A stretch of DNA of 64,000 bases from Tubiluchus corallicola. Taxonomy: Eukaryota > Animalia > Priapulida. The notes under the pieces were generated by a model. The model was not told the origin of the DNA. It ran no database searches and worked only from the letters and a program-made list of their open reading frames with translations. This document shows positions 27,045 through 48,546 of the stretch, in pieces (positions within the stretch are counted from its first letter, which is position 1; the number at the start of each line of letters is the position of its first letter). The stretch covers positions 64,503 to 128,502 of the forward strand of contig JAQGDQ010000611.1 of assembly GCA_030141605.1 (NCBI GenBank), read 5' to 3'. A program made the position numbers and the translations under genes.

Positions 27045-27774
27045 AACGCAATAAAACCCTCCACTTACATGAAGCTTAAAAATGCGTCTTGGAATTTTAT
27101 ACCAACTTACGCATATATGATATGCAAGCCACTGCATATCATATACGTACTGCCTTTTAGCATACAGGGCTTGAGTCGGCAGAGCGCTGTATAAAACATG
27201 TAAATTCAAACTCCCGCTATGACAGTTAGAGGCATCCAATTTGACGATAAGTCGTTTAAAACATGTTTAAATAGCACTGAGTAAAGTTTGAAAAATAATC
27301 AGCGCATGCGTAGCGCACACGACAATAACTTAGTAAGATTTTAAATTACTGTATTTTGTCAGTAAGGTTAAAAATACGCTTTTGGTTAATGAGCGGCGCA
27401 CCCTGGAGGGTGAGTCAGCAACATTTTACCAATTGGTGAAAACGTTTTAAATAATTAACAATTTTCTTTTCTAGTTACATAAGCCTTTCAAGCAGGTAAG
27501 CGAAATGCTAAGTAATATAACTTTGTATGGAAAGGTTTTTGGGGCATAGTTTAACATTGCCTTTTTTCCCACATTCGTTGTGCGTATATGACGTCATGTA
27601 ATGGCGCGGTTGGGACATTACTATTGCGCGAACACTATTGCGGTTAGAACACAATAAAAACAAACAAAAAATCCTTTCAACGCGAGTACGACATACGCAT
27701 AAAATTGTTATAAAGTAATATAATTTTTTGAGGCGATTTTTCTGAAACCTACTTCAGGTACCCCTTTTCTTTAA
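27045..27774 (-). mobile_element. Family C copy
   Basis: Inverted homolog of 8172-8850. Confidence 0.65.
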
Positions 27775-28397
27775 GTTTTTAGCCTGTTAAATTATTATCA
27801 GAAACACTTTGGTATTATCATGGGTGTCAAGAGGTATGCTTTTCTGTATTTCAAAATAGAGAGGATACGAAAAATCGAATCATCCTCTTTCCTTTTAAAA
27901 AGTTGACGCTTATCGCTCAGTGCCTGTAATCTGAGCATGCGCTGCGAAACACACACTACTTCAGCACCTGCTACGAAGAATGCCAAAATAGCGTGTTCCA
28001 CACTGCATAACAATAGAACTAAACATATTAGGAGAAACACATGGATTCATTTGCTGAGTCTGGTCCGATCATTAATCACTGAGCAGGTGAAACGAATGGA
28101 ACAGAGACGTAGAAAACCAAACAACTGCCTGCTGCCATCTGTTGGGCGACTTTTAAATAATAAATGCCAAGTATTTTTCTGTAAAAGAATAATTATAACA
28201 GAGTTTCTTTAGAACTTAATTGTTATAATTAAGGTTAATTATTATTATTATTATTTAGTACTTAATTATATGGTTATAATTACGAGTGAAAATTATTTTT
28301 TGAACAAAAAATTAATAAATCTTAAAGGTACTTAAGACTGCTGAAGAAATTTTATCAATAGAACTCTTTATAGGTGAGTAAATTTCCCGAAGTGTTC

Positions 28398-29046
28398 TTA
28401 AAGCAAAACCGAACCCAATCTTAAGCTGTAGGTCAAAACAATCTTCTCTTTGAAATATTGAAAGGAAACGTACTATTTTTTTCATAAATGACTTACGTGA
28501 AAGAATTATTACCACACAAACACAATTTCGCATTCACGCCGCTACTTCTTCGCTGTTACATGCATTTCGCCATTCGCTAGTATGACGGGCACTAGCGCCT
28601 ACATTTCTGACGGAAACGCATTATACAAAAACAGGTGCTGTACCTCTCAGTTCAGAAGTGTTAGTTTCTGATGAACTACGCACGTTCGACAGCTAATGCG
28701 CGAACACAGCGGTAAATTTGAAATTTGAATTTTTATCTTAAAACATGCCTAGTTTTAGTACAACACATTGAATATCTTACAGTAGCACTGTACTTCAATT
28801 TTTGCTTTCGAAAACACGTGTACATGCTCATGGAATATTTTTGCTTTTGAAAATTATGTTAGTTTGTGACGTCACCAATAGTTGGGCTCCTCCGCCATTA
28901 ATTAAATTTTTAATCTATTATTTAATTATCAGGAACACTTTTTCAGCATTGATTGTGTTAAAATGTATACTTTTTATCAGACTTGAAAATGGGGTAGTAA
29001 ATTTTTTTTGGGACGTAGTGTAATATAGCCTTCTCTTCCCCTTTAA
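28398..29046 (+). mobile_element. TTAA-flanked non-autonomous DNA element, family A (Kolobok-like)
   Basis: TTAA|AG...CT|TTAA, ~640 bp; homologous copies at 11442-12168, 14841-15462, 17381-18009, 26845-27040, 40710-40972, 54460-55077. Confidence 0.75.
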
Positions 29047-29596
29047 GTATTTCTTTTAAAGGAAGACAGGATGATTTTTCATAAAAGGGAAGAGAAGACT
29101 ATATTAAACTATGTCGCAAAAAATTTACTACACAAACTTAATTACTTTGCATTACTCTTACCAATTTGAAAGGCTTGCGTATTAGAAAAGAAAATTCTTA
29201 ATAATTTAAACTATTCGCGCCAAAATGCTAAAACGGCACTGCATTGCCATCCCAGTGTGCACCATCGATTTAGCAAAAAACACATTATTGATCTTATTGA
29301 AAATGAAAAGTAATTAAGACTTTTGCTTAATTAGCAAAGAATGTGCTGCGAATGCTCTGGTCATTTTATCAAACTTTACTAACGTTATCTAAACTTGTCT
29401 CAAACAACTTACCATTAAAATAGCGGCACCTAACTGTCATTGCGGGAGTTAAAATTTCTAAGTTTTATGCAGCGTTACTGTTAACGCAAGCCATGTATGC
29501 AGTAAGGCAGAATGAAAGTGATATGAAACTTCGAGACGAATTTCAACGATAATACATTAATAGTTAAGAATTCTTAAAGGACAAGACAGCATTCAA

Positions 29597-29839
29597 AATA
29601 TATGTAGAAACAGCGACAGCAGCGCCATCTATAGTAGTTTATTTACAATACTTAACGAAAAGTTACAATGTTCCTGAGAATGATAATTGTAACAGCTAGA
29701 GAAGACTAGCACAAAAGTTTTGCTTTATAAATATATGTAGAAAACAGCGACAACAGCGCCATCTATAGTAGTTTATTTACAATACTTAATGAAAGGTTAC
29801 AATGTTCCTGAGAATGATAATTATAACAACTAGAGAAGA

Positions 29840-29860
<21 letters not shown>
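29597..29860. repeat. ~131-bp tandem duplication spanning the fukutin-like stop codon and 3' UTR
   Basis: 29597-29726 is nearly identical to 29729-29860. Confidence 0.9.
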
Positions 29861-39422
<9,562 letters not shown>

Positions 39423-40709
39423 AATATGAAATGGCCTGTAAAAGTCCCTTCTAGGCCTACATGCCTGTATAGCGGTATTCGTGAACTGGTTGCTGTAAAG
39501 AGCTGACGGGTTGGTTCAGTATGACTTTGCTTAGTTTACTGAGCGGCGAGGCGTTGATTATGTTTGCGTTTAGGAGCGGAACGGTACCGCTCTGGATGGG
39601 ATGCCCACCAAACCGTCACTAATCCTGTGAACCTTATGCACTTTTGCTCAAACGCTCGCTACAATTGCAACGTGAATTCTGAACAAGACACCGATCCATC
39701 AAGTCAACTTTCCCGTGTTTTAACTTTGATGTGACTGAAGCACAGATATGAAATGCCATCACACCAGTACGACAACATACACACTAATTCAGAATTCATA
39801 TACCCACGGCCATATTAATTAAATCATGATTTTTTTCATTTTTTTGTGCATACTTGTAAATATGTTTGATTTTATTCGTCGTTACTTTCCATTACTGCAC
39901 AGTAGTTTAGATTGCACTGACGCGTTTGCCGTTTGCAGTGTAAGTTTTTATTAACTAACACTGATTGATCATCTCCGTAAAGTTTTTATCAGTGATTATT
40001 AATGTATTTTAATGGCAAATGAAGATTATTATACCTATATATATTATCTCGGGCCGCTCTACCATTAGGTAAACTAGGCAGTTGCCTAGGGCGCAAAGTC
40101 GTGCAAGAATTCTTTAATTTTTAAGTTTGCAATAAAGTAACATAGTTTATGTGTAATGTCTTTTCACACTTTCGTTGTGCGCACGCGCAGTTGCTGTAGG
40201 TCAAAGGTTAAGTGTGCCACAGCAACGCGTCTTAGCTATAACCGTCACGTGACATGTGGGTAAAGCAAAGCCCAATTAAGTTCAGTTGTTTTACGTGGAC
40301 TTTACTTAATAATTATTATTCATTAATCTGTGCGGGATATTGCTTGGGAACAAGAAAAATAAATTAGGTAGGGTTCTACAGGTAGCATTCGTCCATTTTC
40401 TTAATTACTATCACAATAGCACCGGCTGCGAGGCGTCGTCAAGTGCACACAAATGCACTGTCTGGTACACTTAACCTTTGACCTTCTCACGATCATCATC
40501 AATCGCTGGAACTGTGAAAAGGCTTATTGACGCAAAAATACTTCTAGGCAGCAGCCGACAAGGCCTGATCATCATTTCAGTCCTGAAATTCTGTGCAATA
40601 AAAGTTAGAACTAAATTAGGAAAAGTGTCTGGCGCACCATTTCAGTAACTTAATTGTTTTGCGTGGACGTCATTGAAATGTGCATTAGTCTGTACATATA
40701 TATATATAT

Positions 40710-40972
40710 ATTTTGAATATGTTACAGTAGCACTGTCCTTCAATTTTCGCTTTTGCAAACACGTGCAACACGCTCGTGGAATATTTTTGCTGTTGAAAAT
40801 TATGTTCGTTTGTGACGTCATCGATAGTTAGGCTCGCCCGCCGTTAATTAAGTTTTTAATTTATTATTTAATCATCAGAAACGGTTTTGTAGTATTAGTG
40901 GTGTTAAGATGCATATTTTTATCGGATTTGAAAATGGGGTAATATGTGAAAAATCATTCTGTTTTACTGTGA
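40710..40972 (+). mobile_element. Family A partial copy
   Basis: Matches the right half of 54460-55077. Confidence 0.65.
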
Positions 40973-41657
40973 AGTTTAACTAGCTTTTAAGTTGCAGCTA
41001 AAATTTTTTGCATGCCAAAAAATCAATAACTTCTGAAACCGAGATGCTGATTCAGTTAGATCATTTAATAGCACAGTCAGTTGTTAGGACATAAAGTCAG
41101 ACATTCCAACCGGTTTTAATGGTAACCTCCCTTTCTCCCAATTTTGCAATAATGCTCTTTGAGTTTCCACCAATTTTACATCCACCTAAACATCGCAATA
41201 AACTGCGACCACAGTGAGCCAGAAGATACCACCTTTACTAGAATTAGCCCTGCTCTGCTAGACAACACCGGCTAGAAAGGAGCACAGAATAGAGGTGCGC
41301 AAGTGCACTTAGCTCCCGTAATACAGGACCATCAATAAATTTACATAATAATAATTCATTAGTGAATATTTATATTAAAATACAATCAATAAACATATTG
41401 TTACGGGGGCGAAATACCATTTATTTTCGAACTCCGTCCTCTACATTGTCATTGTTCGATCCATTACGAAGCCATTGCATAGCAGCTGCAAAAAGCTGGT
41501 ATGGAATGGTCTGGTCGGTTCTGTCGACCTTTACCACCTAAGCACCTGCTCCGTAATCACGGTCAGCATGAACAATGCAGAAAAAGGTTCTGGTTATTCT
41601 TCATCTTCAGACACCACTGAGGCCACAACAGTGGTGTCTGAAGTGGAATCAATCTAC

Positions 41658-42296
<639 letters not shown>

Positions 42297-42911
42297 TTAT
42301 TTTTTGCCTTCAAAATAACAATCATACATAGTATATAACGATGGTTTACAGAGGTTCATCTAGTCTACCATCCCTTAATAGTGAGTCTACTAATTTCAGC
42401 ATGGCGAGCAAATATTATTAGAACAAAATAAAGATTTGAATAGGAAAACAGATCAAAATTAAATTAATAGCAAACAATTATGGTAAGTAAAATTATGCAA
42501 GTTTACGCAAAATAAAGTGAAAACAAAATTAGTAAAGCAGAGTTCTATGCGCAAAACTAACTAATTAAAAACAAAATAGCTAACAAACCAATTTGACTAT
42601 GCAATAATGACACTAGAAGAAGCAAAGTTGCATGTACCTGTAAGGCCATACTGGTTTTTAACTAAATGAATAACAAATAACTGCATATTATTAATGCGAT
42701 TATGGACCGAAAATGACTAAAAAATTTAGTAGTAAGATCATTTTATCTATTATATTAATACTTTTCGAACTTGGTTAAGTTATTTTTTAAGTTTATTTTT
42801 TTAAGTTTAAAGAAAGATACCATTATGTTTAAGGTGTATTAAGTTTATAAATTATGTAAAGGTACAGTAAATAATTAATACTGATGTGGTCATGTTTGAA
42901 CTGGTGCATTA

Positions 42912-43366
42912 CCGTATTTTCCCGTGTATAAGAGACCCTTTTTTGCTCAGAATTTTCACTTTAAAAATAGGGGGTCTCTTATACATGGGAGTAAGTCTTT
43001 TCAATAAAATGCATAAATTGTGACACTAATGATTTTAAAGAAATAAGTGCTCTACAACTGTTTTGCGTGTCGCGTTCGACTATGAAGCGGTTGTAAGCAA
43101 TACAAGCATCGTGACACAGGCATTATCTCCTCGTTTTCTCTTTTCCTGTTACAGGTTTGCAGGTACGCACTTTAATATATAACAGTACTCTTTTTCTACA
43201 ACACATTAACTGGTTTTATTTTGTTTTCAGTACCGCACTGAGTTGAAAAAAGTTGTACTCTACCCTCTAAAAATGTCCGTCTGAAAAAACTTTTTTCCAG
43301 AATTTTTGCCTAAAAATTGAAGGGGTCTCTTATACACAAGGGTCTCTTATACACGGGAAAATACGG
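42912..43366. mobile_element. Tc1/mariner(pogo)-type MITE
   Basis: 28-bp TIR CCGTATTTTCCCGTGTATAAGAGACCCT at both ends, TA duplication at 42910-11 and 43367-68. Confidence 0.9.
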
Positions 43367-45853
43367 TACTTCAAGAAAAACATTGTAAGTTCAGGTTTGG
43401 GTTGATTGTTATTTAATTAAAGATGACGCAATAAATCAGTTAACATAATCAATAATGAAACTGACTAGCGGCAGATACAGCAAACAGAAAAAAGAGAAGC
43501 AAATTTAAATGTAGATAGATTGTGTATTAGTGTATAAACTGTATTGCCAAACAATATAATTTCTCTATCTTTAATTGACGCTATAATCATGTATTAAATT
43601 CAATCTGTACTGGTTGGCTAATGCATGTAGTGAGTTTGTATTTTTAATTGCACGATCCAGCTCATTCCATAATGATCTGGAATGGTTCATCTGATAGAAT
43701 CGATCCTAACACCTTAACATCGAGCAGCGTAGGACGTTTCTGTTTTTTTTATTTGAAGCTCAGCATGTCCTTTGTAGCATCGCAGCATGTACGCCAATGT
43801 CATAGGTTATAGTACCTGTTCTTCCGTGGCACTATACGTTGTTCAGTTTGCTTGTGACTTCGCGAGGAATGGAATCCCTACCAGCAAAGGAACAACGTTT
43901 TTTCTGTAAATAGTCAGGTGTTGGTTTTACTACGATGGGAGTTGTCAGTATAAGGAAACTGTGTAATTTTTATGATTTAGTAGCACTTTATCCATTATAA
44001 TGTCATAATAAGTGTAATGTTCAGTTTAGTTGCAGACACTACTTCCTTAACTTAACAGTTTTAAGAAAATCTAATAACTAATATAGCAGGTATATACAAC
44101 TTTTGTTTATTTACATATTTTTACAAAAATATACAAAACAAAGTTACTACAAATTTTACTGATTCCAGTTGCCATTCCAATATCTCAGTCGTTCCTGTAA
44201 CAAATAGAAGAAATTTCCATTCATGGTCGTGTGTTTATGGTCGTATACTGCCCTTACAGGCATTTATTTAAACGCAATACTTTATGATGGTAACTGTTTG
44301 TGGTGTGTAAGACGACTGGACTTATTTGACCTTTATGGGCTTTTGAAGTGCCTAAAGCTGTACAGGGAAACGTGTTACTAAATCAAGATCATTTTGACCG
44401 TTAGACGCAGCCATTTTGACGTAAGCAAAATGCTAAGTAACATTCTAACATAACCGTGCATGTGAAAACTTTTGGGACATAGTTTCACATGTACTGCAAC
44501 GTCATGTAATGGCGCCGTCGGAACACTGTCACGGGAAACTTAAAATGAAAACAAACAAAAGATCCTTTTGAAGTGAGTACGATTTGCTCATATAATTGCT
44601 GCCATTCTTAGACTTTTAAGAATAATATAAAAATATATAATATAAGAATAAGCTTAGTTGTTTAACTGTAATCATAAGCATTGCACGGCCGAGTAATTTA
44701 ATTTTCTATTTATGCCCTTTCACACTGTCAAATTAGAGATAGGTTACGTATAAGCAAGAATTTTTTATGTAAAATAACGGAATGAGAGATTGTAGAATTT
44801 AATTATTTTTGCCGTTTCTACTTGCTTTATTTAAAAAAGCAAGTTTTTGTTTTAATAATTTGCTCAATAGGCTCATATAAGGACACGCCCAGTTTGTCAC
44901 GTCACGTGGTGGCATTAAAACAATATAAAAATGTGAGAATTAGCATTCAATTGTACCTATAGCTGTGCAGTGCAATGTCTAAAATGCGTGCAGGTGTCTC
45001 CTGTGTGTGTATTTAACAAACTGAATTAATTTAATTTAATAGGGACAGACAAGGGTTTTAACTGATATTCACCAATCCAATTCAGAAATTGTTTGCGAGA
45101 GTTTGTACTCTATAGAGTTAAGTGCTTCGAATTTAAGATTATGTAAAGAATAAAAACTTTAAAAATAAATTTCAAAGCAAAATACTAAGTTATGTTATTG
45201 TCAAGCCGCAAAAGCTGTTATTAAATAGCACATCTATGGTTTGGAAGAGCTCTGGTAAACCTAATTTGATGCGCTTAGGATCTGTTACTTGTTAAAGTAG
45301 TTGGTTTTTTCCTCATTAGATGGCAGCATAGTATAACGGATTTGTTATACAAGAGTAAACATCGTGCAGCAAATAAGAGCAATGTAAGTGAGCAGACGAT
45401 TCAGAACTGTTTTAGTCACGCACAACAACAGATTTTCAACTTTTTTATAAATATGAGAACTCTTCTTCAGAGAGAAAATAAGCAACTTTGCTTTATTGTG
45501 TATGCTACGTATGCAAGTCCACGATCTGCACGGAAAGTTTGAGTATTGATTTCATTGTGCAAACAATTTTGTAAAATATAGGTGCGCTAATATAAGAATA
45601 AGCTTAGTTGTCTTAACTGTAATGATAGGCATTGCACGGCTGAGTAATTTATGTACTATTTATACTCTTTCACAATGTCAAATTAGAGATTGTAATTAGA
45701 AAACTGTGTAATTTGTTTGATTTAGTAGCACTTTATCCATTATAATGTCGTAATTAGTGTAATGTTCAGTTTTGTTGCAGACACTACTTCCCATACTTAA
45801 CAGTTTTTAAAAAAAATCTAATAAATAATATAACAGGTATATAAAATGTTTCT

Positions 45854-45903
45854 TTATATACATTTATTTACAATTATGTACAAGCCATTTTTGTCATCTG
45901 TCC
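45854..45903 (-). CDS. Candidate ZDHHC downstream or terminal exon
   Basis: Strong acceptor tttgttacag, in phase: RTDDKNGLYIIVNKCI*; paralogous acceptor at 44194; no homology support. Confidence 0.3.
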
Positions 45904-46025
45904 CTGTAACAAACAGAAAAAATTTCACATTTAGTGTAGAATACATAAGCATACATGAGTTCAGTTTGATAAAAGACTTAACCTAATCCAAGATACCTCT
46001 CAAGCCGTGTAATGCAATGGCTTAC

Positions 46026-46060
46026 GCCAGAAGAGGGGGTCACGGTCCAATGGCAGAATA
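46026..46060 (-). CDS. Candidate ZDHHC exon 8 (35 nt)
   Basis: ttttgtacag|(S)ILPLDRDPLFW|gtaagc; phase compatible and resembles the PPSLIDR segment of the subfamily. Confidence 0.55.
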
Positions 46061-48436
46061 CTGTACAAAATACTAATGAAAACTGTTGCTAAATAATCAC
46101 AAAAGAATGAAACCCTTGCATGGTATCTATTAATGCAATAGCTATACGTAACGTAATTTTCTTAATGGTGTCAACAACGATATTGTGAAAGCAGCCATAT
46201 TGAATCTTACATTATAAGTGTATTGGATGATGCGCATCTCTAGTGTCAAAAACTTGTGCACATTTTAGCATGATCTTAGATGATTATTTAGTTTCCATCA
46301 GTTTTTAGCATGTATTTCGCATGAAATTTGTCGAAAGAAGGACACAAATCTTGGTCTCCTTGAAATTCTTGAAATTCGAACCAACGATTTTTATATCACA
46401 AGCTAGACCTCCTTTATCGCAAAAACTCAGAACTATGAATTCTATTTCATACATCAAAAATACAATATCAAACACATTAATAAACTTTAAAAAAAATAGT
46501 TTGAGTAGTGCGAGGTGAGTGTACGACCATACGGTCATTAACACACTCACCTTACTTAAATGAAAAAATGATTATAGTTATTCATGCTTCTGTAGATGAC
46601 TTAATGTAAATGAGGATGAAGTAAATGTAATAATAGCAATGGTATAAGAGCAATAAACCTGAAAGTTGAGAAAGGAAAACATAATATGTAAGTACGACTT
46701 TGAGTGAGCCTTAAAGAGTGAAAATTTTTTTAAATAGTTACGAATATGAATTATGTGATTATCTGTCAATGCACCACTTACTTGTATATACAATGATATA
46801 TCTCAGGCATGCATAACTGTCAACTAATTGTTAACTACCGCTTATACACAAGTAATTCATTACAGATGGCATTAGTACGCGCATGCGCTTTGTTTACTAA
46901 CAGCAAATGGATGGATCTGAGTGATTTGGATTTCTATGAACTATGAACTATAAATTTTAATTCACACGTCAAAAAATACAATATTAAACACATTAACAAC
47001 TTTAAAATCAAGTAATTTGAGTAGTGCGAGGTGAATATAGGACCATACGGTTATTAACACACTCACCTTATTTCAGACATTTTCCAAGTCTAAATTGCTG
47101 AAACAAAAAACGCTTCCCTAAATTAAATGGAACATGTAATTAAGCAAATAACGTATAATCACTTTCAAATAAAATCACTTTTGCACATACATGTATAACA
47201 ATGTCAAACTTGACCGTTTTTATCACAAAGTCATAAACTTAAGATTCTGCATTATGACCAAAATTGCAACTGTGAAAAATCTGTGCTGACCTGGTCTTCG
47301 TCTTAAGATCATAATTTTGCAATTGCTGAATTATCCGTGCTTAGTTACCTAGGAGATCCATTTTACAGCAATCCCATTTTAAGCTTTCGCCTATGTCGCG
47401 AGACCAGATCATGCCCACTTTTTGAAAAATACGTAATATACAGCTAGTCCTGCCCTGTTACATATACATGCATAAACAGTGAATGTTAGTCCGATCCTGG
47501 AATTGGACTTGAAGGACAAGTCATTCGCCCTAATTCTTACATTTATTGTCCTGCTGCTGTGATCTTTAACCCAGAGCTCACCGCTCTCAAACCGCTCTGT
47601 GTCTACCTAGGTTAGGTGTCTACCCTGCAAGTTTTTTTATTCTAGCTGTTACACTTATTCAGTTATCGAATAGACCCCGATTTTAACATTTTCACCAAAG
47701 TCACGTGACCTGGCTACGCCCACTCTCGGAAAAATCCTTATTGCACTTTTACATCCACCAGCTTGCCCACACGTGCTTAAGCATTTAAAGTGGGCGACAA
47801 ATCCGTTTGCCCTAATTTTCACATTTTGGCTCACAACTCCGAATTTTCCTAGGCTCCAATTTCCGAAAAATACCTAATTTAGACCTACCCCACCTAAATA
47901 CCTGTGAAAAAATTTGGAATTTAACTCAAAGCCCTAGGAATTTTCACTCTTGGTCCAGTACTGTAGGAGGAGTTGAATGACAAAGTCATTCGCCCTAACT
48001 CTCACATTTTGGATCCTGCTGCTGTGACCTTTGATCCAGAGGTCACCACTCCTATGCCCACATTACAGGTTTTTGATTACCACCACGACTCTCAGTTCCG
48101 TCGTTGGGAGTTATCCACTGTCGCAGTGGATAAACAAAGAATAAAACGGTTGATTTCCAATAAGATCTTGATAAGAAAATTCAAAATCTGTTTTTATTTA
48201 TATGACTAAAGGGGACCAGCAAGTGATAAACGTGGCAAGACGACATGCTCAACACGAAGAAAAATTTACAAAGCAAATTAGTGGCATATTAGTAGGTGTG
48301 TAAAAAGAGAAGAATTCTTGTTCTGTTTGACAAATTGACAACTAGTATGACCCACACCAAAGTGATTCAAAATTTCAGGCATCAGTAACTTTTATCACCG
48401 TAGTAAACAATTACTAGATGTACTGCAATGTGATAC

Positions 48437-48546
48437 CTTGGTGGTATTGGTGTACACAGTACGTCAAAGCAATTCCTATACCATGAGCCTTTTGTAAAGG
48501 GGTTTTCCACCTGTGTCCCGTCCTCTGCGGCATGAATTTTTCGCAC
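48437..48546 (-). CDS. ZDHHC coding exon 7
   Basis: ttttcag|[36 protein letters not shown](S)|gtatca. Confidence 0.88.

Noticed and set aside
27798-28040. 80-aa ORF with a hydrophobic N-terminus
   Set aside because: Non-ATG start, no homology or splice support
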